From Acaryochloris marina S15 (lineage in GTDB: Bacteria; Cyanobacteriota; Cyanobacteriia; Thermosynechococcales; Thermosynechococcaceae), in NCBI RefSeq assembly GCF_018336915.1, contig NZ_CP064923.1, forward strand, positions 2,010,001 through 2,042,000: a stretch of 32,000 bases of DNA, read 5' to 3'. The position numbers and the translations under genes are program-made. This document shows, in pieces, positions 1 through 9,471 of this stretch. The number at the start of each line of letters is the position of its first letter. Within the stretch, counting starts at the first letter, position 1. The notes below the pieces were generated by a model. It was given only the letters and a program-made list of their open reading frames with translations. It was not told the DNA's origin and ran no database searches.

Positions 1-360
1 CACTGCCTTCGTGCTGATCAGTTTTATCTATTCCAAGACGCGGGTGCCGCGTTCCCCGCCGTTGTGATGGTGGCTTTAGCGGCTGAACTGATGCAGCAAC
101 CCTTACAAGGGGCTGAGACTCCTGCTTGTCTGCAAGCCTTAAAGCCTTGGATTGCAGAATATCTCAATCCCCTTAGCCCTTTAGCCCACCCTCAACCGCT
201 GTTATCGGGGTCAGCCTTGATGAAGTCCCTGAGCTTATCGCCGGGGCCAGAAGTGGGGCGTTTGCTCTCACAACTGGCCCTAGCTCAAGCAGAAGGTAGC
301 ATCACCACATCAGAAGAAGCATTGAAGTTGGCCCAAACCCTAGTTAGCTCGCCTTCTTAA
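1..360 (+). CDS. 3' part of a CCA-adding tRNA nucleotidyltransferase / poly(A) polymerase family gene (5' end outside window)
   Basis: Frame 1 is open from base 1 to the TAA at 358-360, so the ATG at 64 is internal. The tail ...PLLSGSALMKSLSLSPGPEVGRLLSQLALAQAEGSITTSEEALKLAQ resembles the C-terminal helical tail of cyanobacterial CCA-adding enzymes. Recognised by eye only. Confidence 0.45.
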   Translation, partial: HCLRADQFYLFQDAGAAFPAVVMVALAAELMQQPLQGAETPACLQALKPWIAEYLNPLSPLAHPQPLLSGSALMKSLSLSPGPEVGRLLSQLALAQAEGSITTSEEALKLAQTLVSSPS

Positions 361-1450
361 ATGGCTGAGAACGGTTGGCCGCTACCCAAACAACAATAAA
401 ACCAAGCACAACGGAGAGTAGGCTTAACCCCATTACGCCTAAGAGGGCAAAGCCTTGACCATATCCATAGCGGCTAATTTGGCCTGCCGGTAGCATCCAA
501 TTAGGGCTGTAAATGGCTAGCCAGCCGATTCCTAAGAGGGTCATGCCCCAAACAAGTCCAAACCCCAAGGACCAGGGCCATGCTTGTAGACGAGCAGGCT
601 TTGGGGATGTCAGTTGCTTTCCCTTTGTGTGTCCCAAGCGCCAGCCTAAGCCTAAGCCTCCCAACCAAACTAAGCCCAGTAATACTTGAGAGCCGTATTT
701 GACGGGATAATAGGCCCATCCTACGGGGGCCTGTATTGTGAGTGCGATCGCATTACCCGGCAGCTCAGTAAACTGACCCGTCAAAACATCCCCTTTTCTC
801 GTGAACTCAGGTGTTGTCGCAACTTGCCACTTCGGGGGTAGGTAAATGGTGACATCTAATCCGCCAAAGGCTGACCAGGCTTTCGCAGGGGCAAGGACGT
901 AAGCAAATTGGTGATAAATCGTGGGTTTGCCTAACAAATGGGTGGCGGTTTGGGCTGAATACTGAACCTTGAGGTTCTGCTTCCTGGGAGGAATCGTGAC
1001 GCTTAAGGCCATTGGGGTGACCTGAGTAGAATGGCGCAGATAATCTAAGGGCTGGTGATCAATTCCTGGCGTGTACTCTGGTGCTTCCCAATTTTGAGGT
1101 AATGGAGCATTAGGGGCAGGCTGACTGGTAATGACTTGATCGTTTAGCCAGACCTGAAAGTTTTCAGTGCCTAATGTTCCTAGGGCAAACAGTAAGTCGA
1201 GCTGTTTCTCGTCCCCTTCATTCTGGAGATGATAGACCGCTTCTACCTGGGCTAAGTCTTTTTGGGCGATGGGGCGGAGGTCGATGGTCAGGGTTTCACG
1301 GGTGATTTCGATGTCTTCAATACCAATCGGTTCGGCAGTGACCTGCCCTCCATAGGAGGGGGGGCCTAGATTGGCCCAAGCGATTGGCATGAGCATTCCT
1401 GCGACTATCATCCATCCAAACCATCGCCATACCCTCATCATCACTTGCAA
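344..1450 (-). CDS. Hypothetical exported/membrane protein (N-terminal signal-like helix, large soluble domain, three C-terminal TM helices)
   Basis: Long 368-aa ORF. N-terminus WRWFGWMIVAGMLMPIAWA looks like a signal peptide. The C-terminal third has hydrophobic stretches (VLLGLVWLGGLGLGW, SLGFGLVWGMTLLGIGWLAIY, FALLGVMGLSLLSVVLGFIVVWVAA). Contains a HIP1 site. Family not recognised. Start could also be one of the Met codons 3-4 residues in. Confidence 0.6.
   Translation of the reverse strand: MQVMMRVWRWFGWMIVAGMLMPIAWANLGPPSYGGQVTAEPIGIEDIEITRETLTIDLRPIAQKDLAQVEAVYHLQNEGDEKQLDLLFALGTLGTENFQVWLNDQVITSQPAPNAPLPQNWEAPEYTPGIDHQPLDYLRHSTQVTPMALSVTIPPRKQNLKVQYSAQTATHLLGKPTIYHQFAYVLAPAKAWSAFGGLDVTIYLPPKWQVATTPEFTRKGDVLTGQFTELPGNAIALTIQAPVGWAYYPVKYGSQVLLGLVWLGGLGLGWRLGHTKGKQLTSPKPARLQAWPWSLGFGLVWGMTLLGIGWLAIYSPNWMLPAGQISRYGYGQGFALLGVMGLSLLSVVLGFIVVWVAANRSQPFKKAS
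744..751. repeat. HIP1 palindrome GCGATCGC
   Basis: Exact 8-mer read in sequence. Confidence 0.95.
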
Positions 1451-1869
1451 CCTTACTGAACATCCAACCTTCTCAGGCTACTAAAACGAGTGCCTCTGTA
1501 GCCTAGATTCAGTAGTAAATCTTTATGAGTTATTGGAATTTAAGACTTTACTGGAGGATAGGTTTAAGTGTGCCAGAGGTGATTCAAAGATTCTTGGAAG
1601 TTGGAAGAAAAATTTTGCTCTAGCAGAATTTTTTTAAAGATATAGGGAACAATATGGTTTGGGAATAGCTCTGGTTAATTGAATTGATTGACCAATATAT
1701 TGTCAGCAACTGAAATAGGTGATTGAGTATTTTTGATTGATGACCCTATTGACTATCCCAGAAATCTCTACTTCTTTCTGCATCAGCCTTGGTGGTGTCT
1801 TTAGTAGATGTGAGAAGTTTAGGGTTTTAAGAAAAGCAATCTATTGAATTAGGGATAAATAAGAAACGG

Positions 1870-2172
1870 ATGAATATACTAGGTATTGGAATCATATTAT
1901 TAGTCTATACATTAGTAATCCTACTGTTTATCACTAATGCGAATAAAGTTGCCGTGTATATTAACAATACATTTAATAAAAAAAGCAAGAAAAGAATCAC
2001 GCAATGTGATGTGTTGATATATTCTGGCAGCTGGCTAATTGCCATGACTGTTTTCAGCCAATATTTCAATAGTTCAGGTAGTGGTGGTTGGGGGACAACG
2101 ACTTTTGATATTTGTAGTGTTCTCTATGGGATATTTATGCTTGTTTTTGGCTATATTAAAAAACGTCAGTGA
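1870..2172 (+). CDS. Small hypothetical membrane protein inside an AT-rich islet
   Basis: 100-aa ORF with about 3 hydrophobic helices (ILGIGIILLVYTLVILLFI, WLIAMTVFSQYF, ICSVLYGIFMLVFGYI). Composition is strongly AT-rich and unlike the neighbours. No recognisable family. Confidence 0.35.
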   Translation: MNILGIGIILLVYTLVILLFITNANKVAVYINNTFNKKSKKRITQCDVLIYSGSWLIAMTVFSQYFNSSGSGGWGTTTFDICSVLYGIFMLVFGYIKKRQ

Positions 2173-2340
2173 TAGGATGCTGAGAGCGTTCAAAATCAGC
2201 TATACATTCCGATTCTTGCAGTGTCTGTATTAATTGTGGATGAACTGATAGAAATTGCTCTGCCGTTTAATTGATATATTTTCCAATAAAAAAAAGCTAT
2301 TTTAAAGAATATATGGGGATAAAAATTTTAGTTTTTGACC

Positions 2341-2676
2341 ATGAAAACGGTACGAGTTTTACTCAGGTTGATGTGTGGGTTCACCATACTATCCATCTTT
2401 GGTATATGGCTATATGCATTTGCGCCTATTACTGCTCCATGGGCTGAATTTGGATATTACGGTAAATTTCATCAGGTTCAGCGAATTATCCTAGAGACGC
2501 CTGAATTAAGCATTATTGACCAATGGCAACATCGTGACGTCAGCCTGGAAGACTTCGGCTTCACGGTCCAACGGAAGGATGGCTCAACTACCCAGATTGA
2601 CTTTTATGATCACTCCGACCAAATGCGGCTGAGTTCAGATGAAGAAATCCGCAATTACATAGCCAGCTTTATCTAA
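2341..2676 (+). CDS. Hypothetical N-terminally membrane-anchored protein
   Basis: The ORF track starts at TTG 2335, but an ATG at 2341 (MKTVRVLLRLMCGFTILSIFGIWLYAF...) is the more likely start. One N-terminal TM helix followed by a soluble ~75-aa domain. No family recognised. Confidence 0.45.
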   Translation: MKTVRVLLRLMCGFTILSIFGIWLYAFAPITAPWAEFGYYGKFHQVQRIILETPELSIIDQWQHRDVSLEDFGFTVQRKDGSTTQIDFYDHSDQMRLSSDEEIRNYIASFI

Positions 2677-2777
2677 AACTTAGCAACTAGCCCCCTATGA
2701 TTTGAGAGGGGGGCAGCAATCTCACGAGCAAAAACCATCCGTTATTGATTAGGTAAAGCTGCAGTCCATCCTTCCTC

Positions 2778-2821
2778 TATAATCGAGACTCTGGTATTGC
2801 ACTCATCCCACAGGGATGAGT
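2778..2821 (+). promoter_or_regulatory. Possible lysS promoter -10 box plus 5'-leader hairpin
   Basis: Perfect TATAAT at 2778-2783. A 9-bp perfect stem ACTCATCCC/GGGATGAGT (2801-2809 / 2813-2821) with a 3-nt loop, followed by TGTGATTTG, lies about 50 nt upstream of the lysS ATG. Confidence 0.3.
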
Positions 2822-2871
2822 TGTGATTTGATCTAGAACTTGGTTTGAAGTTTTTCATTTAAGGATTATTT

Positions 2872-4425
2872 ATGGCTGCTGATCGGGCGTCTGAGTCACC
2901 CAACCAGGGCTCCACTTTAGAAGAAGTGAGAGCCAATCGTTTGCAAAAGGTTGAGCAGCTCAAACAAGCAGGCTTAACCCCCTATGCCTATCGGTGGCAG
3001 TCTACCCATACCGCCCAGGCCCTACAAGAGAAATTTGTAGATCTGGCCAATGGTGAAGAGGAGAGTTTTGACGTTGCGATCGCAGGTCGTATCCTCGCCC
3101 GTCGAGTCATGGGGAAGTTAGCCTTCTTCAAACTCCAGGACGAAACGGGGACCATCCAGCTCTACCTGGAAAAAAAACGTATCCAAGAGCAGATGGGTGA
3201 GCAAAACGAGCAAGCCTTTAACCTCCTGAAAAAGCTGACAGATGTCGGTGACTTTATCGGTGTTCAAGGGACGATCAAACGTACTGATAAAGGTGAACTC
3301 TCTGTCTATGTCAGGGAATACACTGTTCTTACCAAGTCTTTATTACCTCTGCCCGATAAATGGCATGGCCTTACAGATATTGCCAAGCGGTATCGCCAAC
3401 GCTACGTGGATCTGATCGTCAATCCCACCGTGCGAGAGACCTTCCGACGACGGGCTCAAATTACCGCTAGCATTCGCCGCTATCTAGACGAGCAGGGGTT
3501 TATTGAAATTGAAACCCCTGTATTGAACTCCGAAGCAGGAGGAGCGGAGGCTCGCCCGTTTATCACCTATCACAACACGATGGAGATGGATCTGTATTTG
3601 CGGATCGCGACGGAACTGCATTTGAAGCGGTTAATTGTCGGCGGCTTTGAAAAAGTCTTTGAACTGGGACGGGTATTCCGTAACGAAGGAATTTCCACCC
3701 GCCATAACCCCGAATTCACCACCATCGAAGTCTACCAAGCCTATGCCGACTACAACGACATGATGGATTTAACGGAAGCGTTAATTTGTACAGCGGCAGA
3801 ACGGTCCGTGGGCAGTTTGCAAGTGCCTTATCAAGGTGAAACCATCGATCTCACTTCACCTTGGCGACGAGTGACCATGCATGTTGCGGTACAAGAGAAA
3901 ACAGGACTAGATTTTTCCACCTTTAAGACAGTAGAAGCAGCCCAAAAAGCAGCCACGAAGGCAGGCATCACTGGAGTGGCAGATTGCGAGAGTGTGGGCC
4001 ATGTCCTCAATGAAGCCTTTGAGCAAAAGGTGGAAGCGACTCTTATTCAACCCACCTTTATTCTTGACTATCCAGTCGAAATTTCTCCCTTAGCGAAACC
4101 CCATCGGTCACGGCCTGGATTGGTGGAGCGGTTTGAATTATTTATCGTCGGTCGGGAGACGGCTAATAGTTTCTCAGAATTGACCGATCCAGTGGATCAG
4201 CGCCAGCGTTTAGAAGCCCAGGCCGCTCGTAAAGAAGCAGGGGATTTAGAAGCCCATGGAGTTGATGAAGACTTTATCACGGCGTTGGAATATGGCATGC
4301 CCCCCACGGGTGGATTAGGAATTGGCATTGATCGCTTAGCGATGCTCCTCAGTGATGCGGCCAGTATTCGGGATGTGATTGCGTTCCCCCTCTTAAAACC
4401 AGAGAAAACTGAGGATGAAGGATAA
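2872..4425 (+). CDS. lysS: Lysine--tRNA ligase, class II
   Basis: 517 aa. N-terminal OB-fold region ([27 protein letters not shown]). Class II motifs: [66 protein letters not shown] Shine-Dalgarno-like sequence upstream. Confidence 0.95.
   Translation: MAADRASESPNQGSTLEEVRANRLQKVEQLKQAGLTPYAYRWQSTHTAQALQEKFVDLANGEEESFDVAIAGRILARRVMGKLAFFKLQDETGTIQLYLEKKRIQEQMGEQNEQAFNLLKKLTDVGDFIGVQGTIKRTDKGELSVYVREYTVLTKSLLPLPDKWHGLTDIAKRYRQRYVDLIVNPTVRETFRRRAQITASIRRYLDEQGFIEIETPVLNSEAGGAEARPFITYHNTMEMDLYLRIATELHLKRLIVGGFEKVFELGRVFRNEGISTRHNPEFTTIEVYQAYADYNDMMDLTEALICTAAERSVGSLQVPYQGETIDLTSPWRRVTMHVAVQEKTGLDFSTFKTVEAAQKAATKAGITGVADCESVGHVLNEAFEQKVEATLIQPTFILDYPVEISPLAKPHRSRPGLVERFELFIVGRETANSFSELTDPVDQRQRLEAQAARKEAGDLEAHGVDEDFITALEYGMPPTGGLGIGIDRLAMLLSDAASIRDVIAFPLLKPEKTEDEG
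3076..3083. repeat. HIP1 palindrome GCGATCGC
   Basis: Exact 8-mer read in sequence (inside lysS). Confidence 0.95.
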
Positions 4426-4479
4426 ACCGATTTTGAAATAGATAGGCTGTTCAGGTCACATCTATTTCAAAATCGGTTT
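4424..4479. terminator. Bidirectional hairpin between convergent lysS and tolC-like genes
   Basis: Perfect 20-bp inverted repeat AAACCGATTTTGAAATAGAT (4424-4443) / ATCTATTTCAAAATCGGTTT (4460-4479) with a 16-nt loop. It starts inside the lysS stop codon and ends 34 nt before the tolC-like stop. Confidence 0.6.
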
Positions 4480-4512
4480 GATATTAGGATGGCATGACCT
4501 CCAATTTGGTTG

Positions 4513-6186
4513 TTATGCCTGATTGCATAGTTGTGCGCCAGGGGAGGGAACTTCACCGACTCTGGCCTGCTGTTGCCGATGACCGACAAATCGCTCCAAT
4601 GCAATTAAAGCCCGATTGTAATCAATGATCGCCTGCAAACGATTGCTACGGGTGCGAGTCAGTTCTGTTTCAGCATTACTGACCTCGAGTTGAGTTCCAA
4701 TCCCGGCTTTGGAGCGCAATCGAGCTAGCTCTAAACTTTGCTCTGCCTGGATGACTGCACATTCATTCGTCGCGATATTCTTAAAGCTAGATTGCAGGGT
4801 AAAGTAATTCTGCTCGACTTGAAATCGAACCAGATTTTTAAAGTTGGCAAACTGAGTTTCGGCGATTTTCGCACCCAAGGCTTGCTGTCTAGCGTTGGCT
4901 TTGGTTGCGCCTCCATCAAATAGCAACTTGGTGACTTGCCCACCTAGGGAATAACCAAAAGCCTCTGTCAGGTCATCTAAATCAACCGCAAAGTTACCAC
5001 TAGCAGCCACACTGACCTGGGGCCCAAAACTTCCCTTAATTAGTCGTTCATTCTGCTGGGCAATTTGTCGCTGATCCAAGATTTCTCCTAGTTCAGACCG
5101 ATTTTGTTGGGCCTTGGCAATCGTATTCGTGAGAGAAATGGGCCATAACCCTGCAATTTTGACAGAGTCGGCTGCCGATAAGGTGGCTCTGGGATTAAGG
5201 CTTAAACGCTGAGCCAATTGGCGTCGAGCAGTGAGCTGTTGACTTTGGGCTTGAGAAAGTTGCTGTTGTTGGTTCGCCAGCTGTACTTCTGAACGCAAGA
5301 CATCAAACCGAGTGCCTAAACCAGCCTGTTCCAAAGCCCGAGTATTATCCAAGGTTTCTTCGGCATTTCTCACGGCTGCCTTGGCAATCTGAACTAACTC
5401 ATCCGCCTGCTGCATATCGTAATAGTCATTGGAGACGTCTAGGCGTAGCTGCTGCAACTGGGTTTCTAGGGACTTCTCAGCGGCCTTGAGGGCAGACTCG
5501 GCAGCACGAATACTGGCTGGGCGTTGTCCGGAAGTGAATACATCGTAATCCAGCTGAACGCTAGTGTTGAACAGATTGCTCACAGAAGGAAAAAGAGAGG
5601 GCTGATCTCGAACCGTTTGAATTTGAGCCTGCAATCCTTGAATGGTCTGATTCAAAATCGCTGTTTGAGCTGCATTGGCCCCAGGTAATTGGGCCTGTAA
5701 CTGCTGAATTTGATCTTCAATCCCTTCGACTTGGGTTTCTACCTGCTGCTTGTTGATGATCCGTGATGTGGCCGAATCTGTTCGATTGAGGCTCGCCTGA
5801 GCACTGATGGTTGGGAGTTCAGCGGCTTTGGCTTCTGCTAATGCTGCTTTGGACTGGCGCACCTGCAATTCCACCACCTGCAAATCTCGATTGTTGCGCT
5901 TGGCCAGTTCTAAGGCTTGTTCCAATGTAATCGCCTGGTCGAGGTCCGGGTCGATGGTGACATCTTCCGGAGCAGTCGGTACGTCCAATACTTTGGGATC
6001 AGGATTCAGTATTTTGGGATCCGTTGTGGGTAGACGCAGGGGTTGCTCATTGATCTCCGAAGGCTTCAGATCACTCGCAGATGGGATATCCTCTTGAGCC
6101 TGGATTGGAACAAGCGATCCACCCATCACCAATGCTGCACTCAAGCAACCGACTTTGCTCCATTTTATCCACGATAGGTGTTGCAT
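4513..6186 (-). CDS. tolC: TolC-family outer-membrane efflux/secretion factor
   Basis: 557 aa with a signal peptide (CLSAALVMGGSLVPIQAQE). The two halves are repeated in the TolC manner: ITLEQALELAKRNNRDLQ..., AEAKAAELPTISAQASL, ARRQLAQRLSL, and a final NRLQAIIDYNRALIALERFVG. Q-rich coiled-coil segments. Confidence 0.85.
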   Translation of the reverse strand: MQHLSWIKWSKVGCLSAALVMGGSLVPIQAQEDIPSASDLKPSEINEQPLRLPTTDPKILNPDPKVLDVPTAPEDVTIDPDLDQAITLEQALELAKRNNRDLQVVELQVRQSKAALAEAKAAELPTISAQASLNRTDSATSRIINKQQVETQVEGIEDQIQQLQAQLPGANAAQTAILNQTIQGLQAQIQTVRDQPSLFPSVSNLFNTSVQLDYDVFTSGQRPASIRAAESALKAAEKSLETQLQQLRLDVSNDYYDMQQADELVQIAKAAVRNAEETLDNTRALEQAGLGTRFDVLRSEVQLANQQQQLSQAQSQQLTARRQLAQRLSLNPRATLSAADSVKIAGLWPISLTNTIAKAQQNRSELGEILDQRQIAQQNERLIKGSFGPQVSVAASGNFAVDLDDLTEAFGYSLGGQVTKLLFDGGATKANARQQALGAKIAETQFANFKNLVRFQVEQNYFTLQSSFKNIATNECAVIQAEQSLELARLRSKAGIGTQLEVSNAETELTRTRSNRLQAIIDYNRALIALERFVGHRQQQARVGEVPSPGAQLCNQA

Positions 6187-6362
6187 AATGGCTCCCAGAC
6201 CTGCTGTCTCCGTTTAGTACTCTACCAAATCTAGTTCTGGCTGGCGTTGTAAATATGCCAGAAAACCATTTATTCAAGTAAGCTGCATCGGCTTAACTTT
6301 AGTAAAACCGCGATATCCGGGAATCTTGAGAATAATATCCTTTCCTGGTTGGTGCTCTGGCT

Positions 6363-7901
6363 ATGCCCTTATCCGTAAGTGTACGAGACATTCAGACCTT
6401 AATCCTGTCCTATCACCCCGTCATTGTGATTGAAACCTTAGAGGAAGATCGAGTCCAAACCCTTCTTAAAAAAGCGACAGAGGAAATGTCTATTCCGATG
6501 TTTGAATGGAGCATTGCTCAGGGACTGATTCGTTCTCCTGGCACCTTTGATGCGCCTTGGGTGAATGAATATGCTCCCCCAGGCACCCTCAAACCTGCCG
6601 CCATTGGGAATACCGCCGAACCCTTAGCCGTCCTTAAACATGTCCAGGATATGTCCATTAAGGCTTTGTTCTGGCTTAAGGATTTTGGCAAACACTTTGA
6701 AGATCCAGAAACAGCCCGCCACTTTCGCGAAGCGGCTCAGCTCTTTTCCCAAAAGCGCTCTGCCTTTGTTCTTACCGGGGACAATATCGAGTTGCCCAGG
6801 GAAATTGAGCATGATGCTGTGGTGTATGACCTGAAGCTACCTGATCGCGATGAACTCTCTCGGACCGTCAAAGAGGTGGTGCGGACCATGAGGCACAAAC
6901 ACCGCACCATCGTCGAATTAGAAGATCAGGATATGCAGGCCCTGGTTCAAGCCATGACGGGTATGACCTTGAAACAAGCCCGACAAGTGCTGGCCTATGC
7001 GGCCCTCGATGATGGCAAATTGACCACAGATGATGTGGAACGCATTCTCCACCGAAAAGCCCAACTGATCCGGGCTGGTGGGGTGCTTGATTATCTTCCT
7101 GTCGAAGGCAATCGTGTGGAATGGGGTGGGTTTGCCAATCTCAAGAACTGGCTGGGGCGAGCCAAGGTCGGATTTAGTCCCGCTGCTAAAGCCTTGAATC
7201 TGACGCCGCCGAAGGGCATTTTGATTGTGGGGATTCAAGGATGTGGCAAATCTCTAGCAGCTAAAGCGATTGCTAGAGAATGGAAAATGCCATTACTGAA
7301 GTTAGATGCAGGTCGTCTCTACGATAAATTTGTGGGGGAATCTGAGAAGAATTTTCGCAAAGCCATCTCTTTAGCAGAATCCATGGCTCCTGCTGTGCTT
7401 TGGATTGACGAAATTGAAAAAAGTTTAGGGGCAACTGGGTCTGATTCGGATGGTGGTCTGAGTCGGCGAATGTTTGGGTTCTTCCTGACCTGGATGCAGG
7501 AAAAGTCCCAAGAGGTTTTTGTGGTGGCCACTGCCAACGATATTTCCCAAATTCCACCAGAGCTTTTACGTAAAGGCCGTTTTGATGAGATTTTTTATGT
7601 GGATTTACCGGATTTGCAAGAACGAGGGGCAATTTTTCGCATTCATCTAATGCTGCGTAAACAGGATCCCAGCCATTTTGATATGCCCACCCTATTGCAG
7701 GCATCGGAAGGCTATAGTGGTGCTGAAATAGAGCAGGCCGTCGTGGCAGCCCTTTATCGTGCTCTCTATGTAGAAAAACCGTTGGATACTGAGTTACTGG
7801 TTCAGGAAATTCAAGGCATGATTCCGCTATCTGTTTCGCGACAAGAACATTTGAAGCAGCTTCGCAACCTAGCTCAAGATCGATTTATGAGTGCGAGATA
7901 A
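6363..7901 (+). CDS. ycf46: AAA+ ATPase, Ycf46-like
   Basis: 512 aa. N-terminal [16 protein letters not shown]... domain. C-terminal AAA module with Walker [16 protein letters not shown], Walker [10 protein letters not shown], sensor [30 protein letters not shown]. The overall layout matches the cyanobacterial/plastid Ycf46 family as I recall it. Confidence 0.75.
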   Translation: MPLSVSVRDIQTLILSYHPVIVIETLEEDRVQTLLKKATEEMSIPMFEWSIAQGLIRSPGTFDAPWVNEYAPPGTLKPAAIGNTAEPLAVLKHVQDMSIKALFWLKDFGKHFEDPETARHFREAAQLFSQKRSAFVLTGDNIELPREIEHDAVVYDLKLPDRDELSRTVKEVVRTMRHKHRTIVELEDQDMQALVQAMTGMTLKQARQVLAYAALDDGKLTTDDVERILHRKAQLIRAGGVLDYLPVEGNRVEWGGFANLKNWLGRAKVGFSPAAKALNLTPPKGILIVGIQGCGKSLAAKAIAREWKMPLLKLDAGRLYDKFVGESEKNFRKAISLAESMAPAVLWIDEIEKSLGATGSDSDGGLSRRMFGFFLTWMQEKSQEVFVVATANDISQIPPELLRKGRFDEIFYVDLPDLQERGAIFRIHLMLRKQDPSHFDMPTLLQASEGYSGAEIEQAVVAALYRALYVEKPLDTELLVQEIQGMIPLSVSRQEHLKQLRNLAQDRFMSAR

Positions 7902-7988
7902 CCCTTGAATATCAGTTTGACCTTCCCTTTTGCAGGTCTGATAGCCCCCATCTGAACCTTTTCTCTATCGTTTTCGTCTGTTGGATGT

Positions 7989-9446
7989 ATGCATAAATCC
8001 CTTCACCTCTCCACCATCCTTTTAGGTACTACAGCTGCATTAGTCTGGGTTCAGCCGCAAGCTCAAGCATTGAGTGCAGCAGAAGTGAGTAAGCTGGCCA
8101 AGAACGTCACAGTTCGGATTAGCAGTCCTGGCGGTTTAGGATCAGGGGTGATTGTCAAAAAAGAAGGTGATACCTACACTGTTGCGACTGCGGCCCATGT
8201 GGTTGACCTACCCAATACTTACGACATTCAAACCCCTGATCAGCAAACTCATACCGTCACGTCTTCCAGCATCCAAAAATTTCAAGGGGTGGATCTTGCG
8301 GTGGTTCAATTTGCCAGTTCCCAGACCTATGCAGTCGCCACAATGGGTAATGTCAATGATGCGCCAGAAGGCACCCCTATTTACGTTGCAGGTTTTCCAG
8401 CACTCACCCTGGCTCTGACGGAGTCGATCTATAACTTCACAGAAGGGAAAGTGACGGCTAATGCGACTAAGCCCCTGGCCGATGGATATGCACTGGTTTA
8501 TTCCAACAGCACCTTACCTGGCATGAGTGGTGGTCCTGTCTTGGATAAGCAAGGGCGATTGGTGGCCATTCACGGCCGGGCAGACACCGCAACGATCCGA
8601 CCCCAAGATGAAGCAACCAATCCCGACATTTATATCAAAACCGGCTTCAACCTAGGGATTCCTATCAATACTTTTCTCAATTCATTGCCCTCAACCCTCA
8701 CATCCCTAAATCTAGGGACCCTTGATCCGCGGCCAAATGCGAATGAACCTTCTGCTGCAGATTTCTATTTACAAGGGGGGGATAAACTTAAGAGAAAAGA
8801 TTATAAGGGGGCGATTGCTGATTTCTCCCAAGCCATTGAGCTAGACCCTGAATATGTGGAAGCTTACTATGGTCGTAGTCTTGGCCACTATCGGCAGCGA
8901 GATTCTTTCAAGGCGATTGAAGACCTGTCTCAGGCGATCAAGCTAAATCCAGATTATACCCAAGCCTTTGTACAGCGGGGAGTGGTGAAAGCCAATTCTA
9001 GAGACACTCCGGGGTCGCTCAATGATTACCGGAAAGCCTTAACCCTCAGTCCCTTGGATGCCACAATTCTATATCGGCAAGCCTTGTCAGAAATACAGCT
9101 TTGGCGATACCAGGGAGCAATGTTTGCTCTGAACCGTGCGATCGCATTCAATCCCCGATTGGCGGAAGCGAAGGTGATGAAAGGTGCCGTTCAGGTTTTG
9201 CAGGATAAGTCAAACGGAAGCAACCTGGCAACCTATGCCCAAACAATTGCCGAGCTGGAGCGAATTAGACAACTGCCTTTTAACTCAGCAATCACCGATA
9301 TTCATAAGGGGCTACTCAGCAGCTTGAAAGGCGATAAGCAAACGGGCCTCCGCCTACTACAAACTGCTGGGTTTAAAGCTCAACGGGAAGGGGATAATCA
9401 GTTGAATGAGATTATCCGTGCCATGATCTTAAAGCTGTCGCGGTGA
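7989..9446 (+). CDS. Secreted trypsin-like (S1) serine protease fused to C-terminal TPR repeats
   Basis: Signal peptide LLGTTAALVWVQPQAQA. Catalytic triad contexts TVATAAHVV (His), GVDLAVVQF (Asp), LPGMSGGPVLD (Ser). The C-terminal half has TPR-like repeats (YKGAIADFSQAIELDPEYVEAYYGRS, AIEDLSQAIKLNPDYTQAFVQRG). Confidence 0.8.
   Translation: MHKSLHLSTILLGTTAALVWVQPQAQALSAAEVSKLAKNVTVRISSPGGLGSGVIVKKEGDTYTVATAAHVVDLPNTYDIQTPDQQTHTVTSSSIQKFQGVDLAVVQFASSQTYAVATMGNVNDAPEGTPIYVAGFPALTLALTESIYNFTEGKVTANATKPLADGYALVYSNSTLPGMSGGPVLDKQGRLVAIHGRADTATIRPQDEATNPDIYIKTGFNLGIPINTFLNSLPSTLTSLNLGTLDPRPNANEPSAADFYLQGGDKLKRKDYKGAIADFSQAIELDPEYVEAYYGRSLGHYRQRDSFKAIEDLSQAIKLNPDYTQAFVQRGVVKANSRDTPGSLNDYRKALTLSPLDATILYRQALSEIQLWRYQGAMFALNRAIAFNPRLAEAKVMKGAVQVLQDKSNGSNLATYAQTIAELERIRQLPFNSAITDIHKGLLSSLKGDKQTGLRLLQTAGFKAQREGDNQLNEIIRAMILKLSR
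9138..9145. repeat. HIP1 palindrome GCGATCGC
   Basis: Exact 8-mer read in sequence. Confidence 0.95.
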
Positions 9447-9471
9447 TAAGTTTTGTGAGTAATGTCCCTGA

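Noticed and set aside
2677-2871. T-box or lysine riboswitch upstream of lysS
   Set aside because: The leader is under 100 nt if the TATAAT is the promoter. It contains only one simple hairpin and none of the conserved T-box or L-box sequence blocks I can recall.
4731-6277. ORF-track entries 4731-4943(-), 4738-4923(+), 5807-6097(+) and 6071-6277(-), overlapping the tolC-like gene
   Set aside because: They are short and nested in or antisense to a long, well-supported gene. Their low-complexity Ser/Arg/Gly-rich translations are typical of off-frame reading. No family resemblance.
6624-7704. ORFs 6624-6812(-), 6640-6834(+), 6918-7238(-), 7273-7704(-) and 7319-7537(-), inside the AAA+ ATPase gene
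   Set aside because: They are antisense or off-frame shadows of a gene with clear Walker A/B motifs. The translations have no recognisable motifs.
6363-9446. AAA+ ATPase plus trypsin-like/TPR protease as an anti-phage defence pair
   Set aside because: The ATPase looks like the conserved housekeeping Ycf46 family. The protease carries a signal peptide, so it is in a different compartment. No nuclease, NTPase-sensor or other defence-associated domain is nearby.
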